From a virus, in IMG/VR virus record IMGVR_UViG_3300032799_000664, positions 66,446 to 130,445 of that record: a DNA stretch of 64,000 nt; one strand, given 5' to 3'. A program made the translations under genes and the position numbers. The notes under the pieces are model-generated. The model was not told the DNA's origin and ran no database searches. It saw only the letters and a program-made list of their open reading frames with translations. Shown here one piece after another: positions 47,131 through 57,466 of the stretch (position 1 is the stretch's first letter; every line of letters begins with the position of its first letter).

Positions 47131-47364
47131 GTGAGATTCCCCATCGACGCACTCAAGATCGCCGCCCAGTTGATCGAGCAGCAGCTCGGCCAACCAACCC
47201 AAGGCCCGTCGGCAGAACCGGCCGACCTTCCGGCTCGTCAACCCCTCCAACGCTCCGTGTTGAGTCTACTGGAGAGCCACGGCGCTGACGATCGAGCTAC
47301 GGCCACAGAGCAGTCGTCCCGCGTACTCACGCACCCCCGCCAAGAAGCGTGGACCGGGTCATGA
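47131..47364 (+). CDS. hypothetical protein
   Basis: 77 aa; GTG start after purine-rich RBS; LKIAA motif. Confidence 0.55.
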   Translation: MRFPIDALKIAAQLIEQQLGQPTQGPSAEPADLPARQPLQRSVLSLLESHGADDRATATEQSSRVLTHPRQEAWTGS

Positions 47365-47960
47365 TCTTGGCGGATCTCACCACGCCCGCCGGCCTTGAAG
47401 AACTGGTGCGGGTCACCGGCGGCACACAGAGCTACTACAATCACCCGGATCGCGCCGATGGTATCGCTACCGTCGTGCAACAGGCCATCACCACCAACCC
47501 CAACCTGGCGCACGTCAAAGTACGGCTCATGCCGAACTTGCCGAACGCCTTCTACAACTACGACCGAGGTGAGATAATCCTAGGGGTGGTGAACCCCGAT
47601 GCGCTCGCCCATGAACTCGGTCACGCGAACAACCTGCGGCAAGAAGGGCTGTACCGCAAGATCCTCAACGCCGCCAACGGGGTCGCGCGCATCAACAACG
47701 TGGTCGCATTGCCCGCCATGCTCGCGTTGCGCATGTTCGTGCAGGACCCGGAACGCCGCGACGACATCCTCAAGTCGTTGTCAGCAGTCTCAGCGGCCAT
47801 CGCCGCCCCGGGGCTACTCGAGGAACTCAGTGCCAGCACCACCGCGTTCAAGGCCGCGCCCAACAAGCTGCGGGCGGTTGGCACCCTGGGTCCCGCTTTC
47901 ATGGCGCACATGGCGACCAGCATGATGCCCAGCGCAATCTACCAGGCCGGGAGGCCCTAG
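47349..47960 (+). CDS. putative zinc metallopeptidase with hydrophobic C-terminus
   Basis: NAFY...LAHELGHA (HExxH) and distal EE. Confidence 0.65.
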   Translation: MDRVMILADLTTPAGLEELVRVTGGTQSYYNHPDRADGIATVVQQAITTNPNLAHVKVRLMPNLPNAFYNYDRGEIILGVVNPDALAHELGHANNLRQEGLYRKILNAANGVARINNVVALPAMLALRMFVQDPERRDDILKSLSAVSAAIAAPGLLEELSASTTAFKAAPNKLRAVGTLGPAFMAHMATSMMPSAIYQAGRP

Positions 47961-47978
47961 CCCGTGAGGAGCCCGACG

Positions 47979-50651
47979 ATGCACCCGCAGATGAAGAAGA
48001 CCGCCCAGCCCATGTCCCCACGGACGCAGGCCTTCCAGTCGGCCGCACCCTCGGGCGATGAAGAACAGCATCTCTTCGAAGAGGGGCTGAGCCAGATGGC
48101 CTACAACATCTTGGTGAGCAAGTTTCCGGACTTGATCCAGGATGTCGTGACCTTCCGCATCCTCGACACGAACATCGAAGATGGGGCTGGCATCGGCACG
48201 TTCGTCGTACAACGCGGCGGCGAAGCCATCTACATCCCCGTCGTCATGGCCGACAACCAGATCAAGCCGCTGGACCTGTTCTACCACAAGGGCCTCAACG
48301 TCTTCCTGCCGCTCACCAGCGACTGGCTCGACGAAGTCGACAAGCTCACCATCGACGAGATGGGCGAAGCCGTCAAGCAACCGCAGTCGCTGCGCCGCGA
48401 CGTCGACACGCGCAACATCCTCATCCCGCCGACGACAGGCCGCTACGCCTACGCCGCCGCCCGGCAACCGCTGACGACCGACGTCATCAACGAAGACCTG
48501 CGCCAGATGCTGCTCAAGCTGGAACCGCGCAGCTTCGAGAAGAGCGCCGACCAGCGTGCCGCTGCTCTCCTGGAGTTCCTCGGCCGCATGCCCACCGCCG
48601 CCAAGCTGGCGTTCGCCAACGTCCTCACGGCGCGCCCGAAGCTCGCCGCCGCGGTGACCCAGCTCTACGGCCTCGATCCACTCTGCACGGCGCTAGCGAA
48701 GCGCGCCGCCACCGAAGGCGAAACCACCGTCACCGAGGAGGGCGAACTCAACGTCGCCGATCGTTCGACGACCAGCAGCAAGTTCAAGCAGGTGTTCGGC
48801 GCTGGCGCCCCGGAAGCCTTCCAGGGCATGCTGACGAAGGGCTACGCCGCCAGCGACACACGCCGCGGGCTCAGCCACGCCGTCCAGCTGCAGGAACCGA
48901 AGGACCTCATCCGTCCCGACAAGAGCGGCTTCTACCGAGTCTTCACGACCGACGGCAAGACGCTACCAGCGTTCATCGCCGTCGATCCCCGCGGCATCCT
49001 CAACGCGAAGAACGAGCATCCCGACACGCCGGAAGGTCCCAAGGGTGTGCGTCACGGCGGACGGCCGCCGCGGGGCAAGCACCACGCCGGCTGCGAGTGC
49101 GGCCAGTACGACGAATTTCTGGTCGTGCTCAAGGATGGACGTTGGCTGCGCACCAAGCAACTCATCGCCGAACCGGCCTGGGGCTACGCGCACTACGATC
49201 CCGGTGAGGACGATGCAGCGCGCTTCAAGCAAGTCCTCGGGCAGGACGGCGACGCCCAGCCGAAGGCCGGCGACATGGGCGTGTTCATCAAGCGCACCGG
49301 ACAGACGTTCGTTGCAACCGAGCCGTTCCACGTGCGGCGCGTCGCCACGGATGCCCAGGGGATCCGGCGTATCACCTGCGACGACTATGATCAGACCGTG
49401 CTGGTGACGGACCCGAAGGCCGCCAAGGCAGGACTGCATCAGCCCAAGGGCCAGCCGCTCGTCTACATCCCGGCGGACGCGCGCTATCTCAAGCTGCGCA
49501 GCGAAGACCAGGACCGCCTAGGGCCGTTCCGGCTGCTGAAGAGCGATGCTGGCGATTCGGAGAAGAAGGACGACGACGCGAACTACGGCATCCGCCTCCT
49601 CAGCAACCCCAAGGACGTCCTCAAGTGGTTCACGCAGCAGGTCGAAGCCACAGGTGCTGCGCGCGCCAGTGTGAAGAACGCCGCCGCCGACCAGTTCTCC
49701 ATCGATGGTGAACCATCGCTGCCGAAGTTGGCGGCGATGGAACGCCTGGCGCGCAAGTACCGCATCCCCTTCGACGCCGCCGAGAACCTGGTGAAGCAAG
49801 CGGCGGCACTGCCGAACGGCCAAGCGACCGCCTGGGTCGTCACCGCCCCACAGCTGGTCAAGCTGGCGCAGCTACCGATGATGGATCCGTCGTCGTCCGC
49901 GCCACAGGCCGGTGGATCGCCAGCGGGGATGCCGCCACAGCCGGGCATGGAGGGCCAGCAAGCACCTCCACCCCCGCCCCCGTCGCCGCTCGACATCGCC
50001 ATGGGCGAAGCCCAGTCGCAGCTGCAACAGCAGTCGGCCGGGCTGCAGCAAGCCCAGCAGCAGATCACGGACACCACCGCGGTGCTGCAACAGGTGCAGC
50101 AGCGCGCACAGGAAATCGCCAGTGGCGGTGCCCAGGCGGTCCAACAGGGCGCCCCACCGATCATGCCGGGCGCGGCCGGCGCTTCCGCGGCACCCCCCAC
50201 CGCGCCGCCGGCCGCTGCCCCGGCACCTACGGGTGGCATGCCGCAACCCGCCCCGCAACTGCCCGCCGGGGGCATGGGCGCCGTGATGCAAACCGAGAGT
50301 CCCTCGGCCACGGAGATCCAGCAGCAGGTCAACCCACAGTTCCTCGAGCAGGCGGGCCAACTACAGGATCAAGGCATCTTCGATGCCGCCGCCATCGCCT
50401 CCATCGGCCAGTCACCCAGCTTCCGCGACACGGTCGTGGACTACGTGCCCACGATGGAACGCGCCCTCGACAACCTCGGCCGCACCATGCTGACACTGTG
50501 GCTGCAGGAGGGTGAGCTCAAGCAGCAATTCGGCGAAGAGGAGTTCTCGAAGATCGAAGACAACCTCCGCGCCGTGCATGAAGGTCTAGGTGAACTGGTG
50601 CTGCAGCTGAATCGCAACGCCACCGTGATGCCAACGTCAGCGAACGCGTAG
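47979..50651 (+). CDS. large hypothetical virion-region protein with Pro/Gln-rich C-terminal part
   Basis: About 890 aa; GAGGAG RBS; multiple KxA motifs. Confidence 0.8.
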   Translation: MHPQMKKTAQPMSPRTQAFQSAAPSGDEEQHLFEEGLSQMAYNILVSKFPDLIQDVVTFRILDTNIEDGAGIGTFVVQRGGEAIYIPVVMADNQIKPLDLFYHKGLNVFLPLTSDWLDEVDKLTIDEMGEAVKQPQSLRRDVDTRNILIPPTTGRYAYAAARQPLTTDVINEDLRQMLLKLEPRSFEKSADQRAAALLEFLGRMPTAAKLAFANVLTARPKLAAAVTQLYGLDPLCTALAKRAATEGETTVTEEGELNVADRSTTSSKFKQVFGAGAPEAFQGMLTKGYAASDTRRGLSHAVQLQEPKDLIRPDKSGFYRVFTTDGKTLPAFIAVDPRGILNAKNEHPDTPEGPKGVRHGGRPPRGKHHAGCECGQYDEFLVVLKDGRWLRTKQLIAEPAWGYAHYDPGEDDAARFKQVLGQDGDAQPKAGDMGVFIKRTGQTFVATEPFHVRRVATDAQGIRRITCDDYDQTVLVTDPKAAKAGLHQPKGQPLVYIPADARYLKLRSEDQDRLGPFRLLKSDAGDSEKKDDDANYGIRLLSNPKDVLKWFTQQVEATGAARASVKNAAADQFSIDGEPSLPKLAAMERLARKYRIPFDAAENLVKQAAALPNGQATAWVVTAPQLVKLAQLPMMDPSSSAPQAGGSPAGMPPQPGMEGQQAPPPPPPSPLDIAMGEAQSQLQQQSAGLQQAQQQITDTTAVLQQVQQRAQEIASGGAQAVQQGAPPIMPGAAGASAAPPTAPPAAAPAPTGGMPQPAPQLPAGGMGAVMQTESPSATEIQQQVNPQFLEQAGQLQDQGIFDAAAIASIGQSPSFRDTVVDYVPTMERALDNLGRTMLTLWLQEGELKQQFGEEEFSKIEDNLRAVHEGLGELVLQLNRNATVMPTSANA

Positions 50652-50656
50652 CCATC

Positions 50657-51352
50657 ATGGCCCGGCAAGACCCACACCATCGCGTCACCGTAGCCCAGCA
50701 GGCCGTCACTGCGGGGGCGGTGCCGATCGATCTAGCCACCCGCGCCCTCGCCGAAGTGATCCAAGGTGTCTCGAAGAACGACGCACTCAAGTACGCCTGG
50801 GACAAGTACCAGGTGCACTTCGAACGCAACGTCATCGAGAGCTACTTGATCGCCGACACGACCGTCGAAGAGATGAGTCGCGCCACCGGGGTCAGTCCGG
50901 CCGCCCTCGCCGCTTACCGGGACCACATCTTCGACATCCGCGTCTTCCGTGACCGACTCGAGCGTATCAGTTACGTCTCCCGTTGCCGCGCCTTGCTGCC
51001 ACGCGACCAGCAAGCCTACCTCGAAGCCGCCCTGGTGCAGGGTACGGAGTACATCAACTGGCTGATCAACCGTCAGTCGATCGTCCCTCCGCGTAAGGTA
51101 CTCGAAGCCGCCATGACCGAAGGCCTCTACATGGGCCTCGCGCACCGAGGTACTGATCCAACATCAGAGCGTTCCAAGCAAGCACAACACTGGCTGCAGA
51201 GTGGTACCCAAGCCGCCACCACGCTGCTGCGGCTCGACCCGCATGACGACGAAGACGCCCTGGAGCACCTGCGCATCGCCCTGATGCACAAGAACCACGT
51301 CACGACGCCGCAGATGGCCGGTGCGCCGCTGCCAGAAGACATCGTGCATTGA
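50657..51352 (+). CDS. hypothetical protein
   Basis: 231 aa; 5 nt after the upstream stop. Confidence 0.75.
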   Translation: MARQDPHHRVTVAQQAVTAGAVPIDLATRALAEVIQGVSKNDALKYAWDKYQVHFERNVIESYLIADTTVEEMSRATGVSPAALAAYRDHIFDIRVFRDRLERISYVSRCRALLPRDQQAYLEAALVQGTEYINWLINRQSIVPPRKVLEAAMTEGLYMGLAHRGTDPTSERSKQAQHWLQSGTQAATTLLRLDPHDDEDALEHLRIALMHKNHVTTPQMAGAPLPEDIVH

Positions 51353-51369
51353 CCTCTGCTGCGTGAGGG

Positions 51370-52209
51370 ATGATCATGCCACTCATGGACGAGAACCTGC
51401 TGCAAAAGTTGGCCGCTGACGTCGTCACGCGTTTCCAGCGTGAGAAGATCGCGCTCACGGATGGCGTGACCGATGCCGCCCAGCAAAACAACCTGAGCCC
51501 CGAACAAATCCGGCGGCTGGTCGAGACGACCAACAACATGGCCTTCCAGCAGCGCTTCGAAGGCGCGCCGGATCGCGTGGCCGCTTCTGCGTTCGAGCCC
51601 GCCGATGCCAATGCCGCCCTGCAGCGCCTCGTCGCTGCGGCGCAAGACGTCATGGACACCATGGAGCCCGTCGGCGGAACCGCCGGCGGTGACGCCATCG
51701 CCCAGAGCCTCAGCGGTGATCTCACGTCACCCCTGCCCACCACGCATCCCGGCGCGCCGGCCCCGTTGCCACCAGCCACGCCCGAACCGATGATGGAACC
51801 GAAGGTAAGCAGCGCCGTCACCGTCATGCGGCTGCGCAAGACCGCCGAACAGTTGCGGGACCTCAGCTACCAAGCGCGCAGCTCGTTCACCGACGAGTTC
51901 CAGAAGCTGGCCACAGTGTTCACGCACATCAGCGGTCCGCGCTTCGAAGACTTCGAAGCCGACGCCCTCTACAAGTGGGGACGGGCCGCAGCGCCGCATC
52001 TCGGTGCCCTGCGCCAAGCGCTGCGCAAGCCTCCAGCGGAGTACGACGTCGACATCAGCACCAAGGTGGCCCGGGTAATCGATTCGCGTACACCGGAACT
52101 GCAGTCCTTCAGCCGGATGCTGGAGCGCTACGACGACATCAAGCAAGCCCAGGCCGGCGAAGCCAAGACCCAAAAGTACCTCAAGCAGGCTGAGGCCACG
52201 CTGCGATGA
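51370..52209 (+). CDS. hypothetical virion-region protein
   Basis: 279 aa; QKLAA, RKTA, TKVA, LKQA. Confidence 0.78.
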   Translation: MIMPLMDENLLQKLAADVVTRFQREKIALTDGVTDAAQQNNLSPEQIRRLVETTNNMAFQQRFEGAPDRVAASAFEPADANAALQRLVAAAQDVMDTMEPVGGTAGGDAIAQSLSGDLTSPLPTTHPGAPAPLPPATPEPMMEPKVSSAVTVMRLRKTAEQLRDLSYQARSSFTDEFQKLATVFTHISGPRFEDFEADALYKWGRAAAPHLGALRQALRKPPAEYDVDISTKVARVIDSRTPELQSFSRMLERYDDIKQAQAGEAKTQKYLKQAEATLR

Positions 52210-53102
52210 CCGACGTCCGGCAGTACCCGGTGCCGACGATGAGCCCCTTGGGGCTCGTGCCTCCGATCCGCGACCTGGTCTTCCTCGGATCACTGGCCAC
52301 CGGCAAGCCTTACCCCTACCTGCCGATGATGGACCGCGTCGAAAAGGCGCGCTTCGATCGCTACCACGCCGCCGTCCAGGGCGCCCGCTACAAGCAGCCA
52401 GGAGCCGCCATGATCGCCACTGCCAGCGCCCACGACGGGGTCACCAACTTCCTCGAGAAGCGCGCCGCGCTGCAGCGCACCCCGATGCCCGGCGCGGCGA
52501 TGCAGAAAACTGCACAAGCACCCATCACCTCTACAATCATGGGCGTCTTGAAGGGGCTGCCGCTGCGCCTCTTCAAGAGCATCGAAACCAACCCCGGAAA
52601 AGCCGCGCTCATCGGTGGTTCGCTCATCGGCCTCGACCTACTCGGCAAGCCACTCATCGAACGCATCGGCTACAAGGCCCGCGAGTCGGCCTACCCCGGT
52701 CTCAAGGGCATGCCGGAACGTCTCCGCATGGACGAGCTGGCCGCCGAAGAATTCGCCAAGTCCGTCGGCAAGCAGACCGGCATCGGCATGGTCGGGCTGC
52801 TCGGCGACATGCTCTCCAAGGCAGTAGCGACGCCTGCCGCGTTGGTGGCCGGGAAGCAACGCCAGAACGTCTTCGATCTGTTGAAGGCCGAAGACGACGT
52901 CCTGTCGCGCGCCGACCCCGAACAACTGACCGAGGCGTACCACACGATGGCGCGCTTCGCCCCGACGCTGGCCACTGACAAGAACGCGGTGAAGGCCTTC
53001 CTGCGCGAGAGCGTGCTCTACGGCACCGGCCCGAACCCCATGGCCATCAAGCAGCTGGCGGAAGCCGAGACCGCCGTGAACCCGCCACCGCCGAGGAAGT
53101 AA
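52206..53102 (+). CDS. hypothetical virion-region protein
   Basis: 298 aa; ATGA coupling; EKRAA, QKTA; hydrophobic Gly-rich segments. Confidence 0.78.
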   Translation: MTDVRQYPVPTMSPLGLVPPIRDLVFLGSLATGKPYPYLPMMDRVEKARFDRYHAAVQGARYKQPGAAMIATASAHDGVTNFLEKRAALQRTPMPGAAMQKTAQAPITSTIMGVLKGLPLRLFKSIETNPGKAALIGGSLIGLDLLGKPLIERIGYKARESAYPGLKGMPERLRMDELAAEEFAKSVGKQTGIGMVGLLGDMLSKAVATPAALVAGKQRQNVFDLLKAEDDVLSRADPEQLTEAYHTMARFAPTLATDKNAVKAFLRESVLYGTGPNPMAIKQLAEAETAVNPPPPRK

Positions 53103-53112
53103 GGAGATCGTG

Positions 53113-53349
53113 ATGAACATCATCCGCAACATGTCGGAGCAGGCGCGCACGAACCTGCGGAGCAACCTCCACAAGGTCGCCACCGTCATGGCGCGCCAAG
53201 AAGGTCACGCCCTGATCAATGATGCACTCACCATCAAGGACGCGGCCTACCTCGTCGGTGTCAGCTTCTGGCGCAACTGGCTCGAGAAGCGCGCCATGCT
53301 CGACGGCGCTTTGAGCCTGCGCCGGCTCGTCACCAAAAGGGTCGGGTGA
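53113..53349 (+). CDS. hypothetical protein
   Basis: AAGGAG RBS; HKVA, EKRA. Confidence 0.7.
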   Translation: MNIIRNMSEQARTNLRSNLHKVATVMARQEGHALINDALTIKDAAYLVGVSFWRNWLEKRAMLDGALSLRRLVTKRVG

Positions 53350-53352
53350 CCC

Positions 53353-54099
53353 ATGCACGACGAGGCGTTCTACCGCGACATCGTCGGCGCCCTGCATCGT
53401 TCCGCGCAGTTCGAGAAGCGCGCAGCAGCCGGTGACCTGACGGCGCTGCAAACCAAGGCAATTCACGATCTCGACCTGTTGGGCCGACTCAAAGAAGCAG
53501 TCGACGTCGCTCCGCTCATGAGCGCTGCGAAGCGCGGCCTCATGTTCGGCGGCGCCGCCACAATCCCCGCAGTCGCCGGGGGCAGCTACCTGCTCCACAA
53601 AGCGCACAAGGAACGCGAGCAGACTGTCGAAGACATCCGCAACAAGGCCCTGCAGGTCGCATTGGGCGTCGGTGGCATCGGTGCCGGGTTGATGGGTCTG
53701 CACCACGCCTTGGGAAGCCATGGTCAAGCGCATCCCAGCACCCCCGCACCGGCCTCCACAAACAGTGCTGCAACGGGATTGCAGCCACCGACGGGCGCGC
53801 CACCGCAACTGATGCCTGAAGAGATGGACGGGCTGCAGATGCAAGCGTTGTCGCCCGAGGACATGTACGCACTGCAGTCTCTCTCGCCCGAAGAACTCCA
53901 GATGCTCTTCAAGCAAGGCAGCGTCGATCCACGATCCACGTTGACCAAGCTGGCCACGGTCGCCTATCTCGATGTCGTGCTGGAAGGCACTGAGCAACAC
54001 GAGAAGACGGCCAGTGTGCAGCAGGATATGCACGCCCTCCGGCTGCTCAATGCCGAACACGGTGCGCAGCTGCTGCGGGAGCTGCTCGGTGTCGCGTAG
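53353..54099 (+). CDS. hypothetical virion-region protein with Gly-rich hydrophobic helices
   Basis: 248 aa; EKRAA, TKLA, EKTAS. Confidence 0.75.
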   Translation: MHDEAFYRDIVGALHRSAQFEKRAAAGDLTALQTKAIHDLDLLGRLKEAVDVAPLMSAAKRGLMFGGAATIPAVAGGSYLLHKAHKEREQTVEDIRNKALQVALGVGGIGAGLMGLHHALGSHGQAHPSTPAPASTNSAATGLQPPTGAPPQLMPEEMDGLQMQALSPEDMYALQSLSPEELQMLFKQGSVDPRSTLTKLATVAYLDVVLEGTEQHEKTASVQQDMHALRLLNAEHGAQLLRELLGVA

Positions 54100-56011
54100 C
54101 AAGATCATCCTCCTCGATGATCGCTTCGAGAAGACCGGCGAACCGACGGTCCAGACCGTCCTGCTGTGGTCCCCTTTACGCGGTAAACCATCCTGGGAGC
54201 GGCTCACCAAGGAAGCCTGCGCCAGCCCCGCCCTGGAGTACATTAAGAGCATCAAGCCCACGCCCGGACGCACGGTAGTCCTCGTCATCGGACTCGGCAG
54301 CTACGAGTTCTACGGCTTGAACCGTAATGCCGACGGCTTCAATGAGGTCCCCTACAAACCGGGTCGGTCGAATGGCCCGGGCCGTGACTCCTGGGTGATG
54401 GAACCGGAGTGCATCCAGCACCACTTCCATAGCTACGAGCAGGGCCACGTCTTTCGCCACCACGTCAACCGCGACCCGGTCCGCGCCGTCGGCAACGTCC
54501 TCAAGGCTTTCTGGAACCCGTTCATGCACCGAGTCGAAGTCCTCGAGGACATCGACAACGCCAAAGCGCCCGACCTCGTCGAACAGATCGCCGACAACGA
54601 GTTCCCGGCGAAGAGCATGGGCTGCCGCATCCAGTTCGACGTCTGTACTGAGTGCGGCAACATGGCGCCGACGCGAAAGCACTACTGCGATCATCTCAAA
54701 TTCCAGCTGAACTGGCTCAACCCCCAAACCGGAATCCGCTACGGTGCCCTCAATCCGAGCCCCCGCTTCTTCGACAGCTCCTGGGTCATCCGGCCCGCCG
54801 ATCGGACCGGCTACCTGCTGCAGAAGGTCGCCGAACGCGTCTACGAACTGCGCTCCTCGAGCGAACTCGGTGAACTAGTCGATTCGTTGGAAGCCAAGAG
54901 CGCGGCCGCGAAGAAACTCGCCGTCATCGACAAGGTCGTGCGCGGTTACCCGGCGAGCGTCATCAGCAATGGCACACTGCCAGAAGCGTCGCTGATCCAG
55001 CAGTATCGCGACACCTCACTGCCAGACGTCGTCGGGCGTACGCCCGAACTGGGAACAGCCGACATCGGTACCCTGGCCCAACACCGACTGCCAGATGTTC
55101 TCGCAGCGCTGTCGCGCAGCGGCATCATGCTGACGACCCCTGAATTCCTGCGGCTGTTCCTCGCCAAAGCTGCGCCCGGCGTACAGATCCCCGCCGGAGT
55201 ACTCGACCGCGCCGCGGCGTTGCAAGCCGAAGTCTTTGAGCTCCTGGGACAACACCCCTCGCTCGTTGATGACATGGCACCGGCGTTGACGGACACCCAG
55301 CCTGACGCCGTGGCGAAGATCAGCGCCCAGCTCATCCCCATCCTCGAGAAGCGCGCTACGGTCGGCGACTACCTGTGGCGGCGCATCCGACCTCGCGCCC
55401 TCATCCCGCACGATGCACCACCGACGACCGACTTGCTCGACGTGGAAGACCCTACGACCGGCGTCACCTACCAGACAACGGGTGGTGCCGCGCTCCATGC
55501 ACAGAACGCACTCGAGGAAGCCCATCTAAAGCGACTACTCGGTGCCGGTGCGCTCATGGCGGGGGCTGGCAAGGTGCTCACATCGGTCCCTGGCCCCGGC
55601 AAGGCCTTGGCGTTGCCACTCGCGGGTGCCGGCCTGTATCTGGGACAGACGGGACTGCAGGAACCCGCAAGCTACACAACGACCAGTGGTCGACGCGTTC
55701 CCGTCATCACCGAATTCGCCGAGAAGCAGAGCAGCGTCATGACGCTCGTGGATACCCTCGGCATCGAACACCAGCTCACGAAGCAGGGATCGCAACGCGT
55801 GCGACGTGCGCTACGTGATACGGGTACCGAACATCCGGCCCACCTTTTCCTGCAGAAGCAGGCACAACTCGGACTGCAGTACACCCGGCTGACGTTGGCC
55901 GACGTCTTGGCGGCACAAGACAAGCTCGCGTCGGACGGCATCACCGAAGAAAAAATCGATCTGGACAAGGCCGCAGCGCTCATGGGAGCGTTGCTGTGGC
56001 CGACGCCGTAG
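54089..56011 (+). CDS. probable prohead (maturation) protease with C-terminal extension
   Basis: GTG start overlapping the upstream stop; NRNADGF, FRHHVN, SMGCRIQFDVCTECGN..YCDHL, DSSWV..PAD; upstream of the capsid genes. Function inferred. Confidence 0.6.
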   Translation: MSRSKIILLDDRFEKTGEPTVQTVLLWSPLRGKPSWERLTKEACASPALEYIKSIKPTPGRTVVLVIGLGSYEFYGLNRNADGFNEVPYKPGRSNGPGRDSWVMEPECIQHHFHSYEQGHVFRHHVNRDPVRAVGNVLKAFWNPFMHRVEVLEDIDNAKAPDLVEQIADNEFPAKSMGCRIQFDVCTECGNMAPTRKHYCDHLKFQLNWLNPQTGIRYGALNPSPRFFDSSWVIRPADRTGYLLQKVAERVYELRSSSELGELVDSLEAKSAAAKKLAVIDKVVRGYPASVISNGTLPEASLIQQYRDTSLPDVVGRTPELGTADIGTLAQHRLPDVLAALSRSGIMLTTPEFLRLFLAKAAPGVQIPAGVLDRAAALQAEVFELLGQHPSLVDDMAPALTDTQPDAVAKISAQLIPILEKRATVGDYLWRRIRPRALIPHDAPPTTDLLDVEDPTTGVTYQTTGGAALHAQNALEEAHLKRLLGAGALMAGAGKVLTSVPGPGKALALPLAGAGLYLGQTGLQEPASYTTTSGRRVPVITEFAEKQSSVMTLVDTLGIEHQLTKQGSQRVRRALRDTGTEHPAHLFLQKQAQLGLQYTRLTLADVLAAQDKLASDGITEEKIDLDKAAALMGALLWPTP

Positions 56012-56017
56012 CACGGC

Positions 56018-56049
56018 TTGTTTTACGGGAACAGGCGTCCTATCATTGG
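56018..56049 (+). promoter_or_regulatory. candidate late promoter TTGTTT-N17-TATCAT
   Basis: Shares CTTGT and CGTCCTATCATTGG with 45603-45635. Confidence 0.65.
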
Positions 56050-56074
56050 GATGCCGCGAACTGAGAGGGCCACG

Positions 56075-56737
56075 ATGGAACTCGCACAGATCATGCACCG
56101 CCTCGACCAGAGCACGCAGACGGCGTCGTCCGGCGTGAAGACCGCCGCCGCCGGCACGAACGGCACGGGCACGGCACCCGAAGCTCTTCGCGACGTGTTG
56201 CGCACGGTCATGACCCAGGAGAAGACAGCGTCCGCCACTGCGCCTGCCGCCAATGCGCCGGTCGGTGATCTGCTGAAGATCGCCGAAGACCTCAGCAACG
56301 CCGAGCACGAGCGCCTCATCAAGCTGTCGGAGGTCTACGGCGCCGCCATCTGCGACGGCTTCATGGCGAAGTTCGCGGAGTACGAAGCCGCCGCGCTCCA
56401 AGTCGCGCCGCCCCAGGTGAAGACCGCCGCCGCACAGGCCGCTGCCGCCGCGCAACCGCAGATGGTCGACCAAGCCGTCGAGCAGATCAAGACCGCCGCG
56501 GAAGACCCGGCGTTCGTCAAGTTCGCCGAAGCGAACCCGGAGCTGGTGAAGGAAGCCTACTCCCTCGGCTACCAGCGCCAATGGGAAGGCCTCGAGAAGC
56601 AAGCGCAGGATGATTTCTCGCGCGGCTACAACGAAACCATGACCGAAGTCCACAAGCTGGCCGCCGACTGCTACAAGGCCGGCGCGGTGACCATCAACGA
56701 CGTCCTGCGGCAGCAAGCCGCGCAGGGGCGGCGCTAG
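56075..56737 (+). CDS. Ala-rich scaffold-like protein with five KTA/KQA motifs
   Basis: VKTAA twice, EKTAS, IKTAA, EKQA. Confidence 0.78.
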   Translation: MELAQIMHRLDQSTQTASSGVKTAAAGTNGTGTAPEALRDVLRTVMTQEKTASATAPAANAPVGDLLKIAEDLSNAEHERLIKLSEVYGAAICDGFMAKFAEYEAAALQVAPPQVKTAAAQAAAAAQPQMVDQAVEQIKTAAEDPAFVKFAEANPELVKEAYSLGYQRQWEGLEKQAQDDFSRGYNETMTEVHKLAADCYKAGAVTINDVLRQQAAQGRR

Positions 56738-56743
56738 GAACGC

Positions 56744-57451
56744 GTGACGTACCGCCCCGACATACTCGCCCTCTACGGCGACCTCTTCCGCGACGCACAA
56801 GCGGCGCTCGAGAAGCAAGGCGCGCTCCCCGCTTTCATGGGTCGAGCTGCGCGCGCCGTCGGGAACTTCTTCACGAAGAGTCCACTGGCCCACGCAGCGG
56901 AACAAGCCGGAGGGCGCAGCGCTGCCACGGCAGCTCCCGCGGCCGCCGCCGCCGCTCCGACCGCACGTGGTTCTTGGTCCGCGGTACCAACGAGTTCAGC
57001 TACACCCGCAGCAGAGTCGGCCGCCGCTCGCGTCAGTGGCAAAGGCTACGCCCCACCGGCTGCACCACCCGTAGAAAGGATGGAGACCTCTGCGGCCAAT
57101 GAGCTGGCCCGAGTCGCCAAACGGCGCGCGGCCGAACGTGGCGTCGCCGCTGGTCGCGGTATGGCCGAACGTGAAGGTGGACGCCGCCTGCGCACCCTCG
57201 GTACCGCCGCCGCCATCGGCGTTCCGGCGGCGGCCGGCGGCGGCTACCTGCTGGGACGGCCTTCGGAAGAAGAGCTCCACGCCGCCCAGACCAAGAACCG
57301 GAATGTCGCCTTCGGTGCCGGCGCCGCCGCAGGTCTGTCTGCGCCGTTCGTCATCCGCGGACTTGGACAGATCGCCAACAGCGCGTACGGTGGTGGCCAA
57401 GGGCTCACACCGGGCATGTACCCGTCCCTCGTTCCCGGGCAGGGCTACTAA
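56744..57451 (+). CDS. Ala/Gly-rich hypothetical protein
   Basis: 235 aa; GTG start; EKQG. Confidence 0.7.
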   Translation: MTYRPDILALYGDLFRDAQAALEKQGALPAFMGRAARAVGNFFTKSPLAHAAEQAGGRSAATAAPAAAAAAPTARGSWSAVPTSSATPAAESAAARVSGKGYAPPAAPPVERMETSAANELARVAKRRAAERGVAAGRGMAEREGGRRLRTLGTAAAIGVPAAAGGGYLLGRPSEEELHAAQTKNRNVAFGAGAAAGLSAPFVIRGLGQIANSAYGGGQGLTPGMYPSLVPGQGY

Positions 57452-57466
57452 CAGAGGACCAACGGG

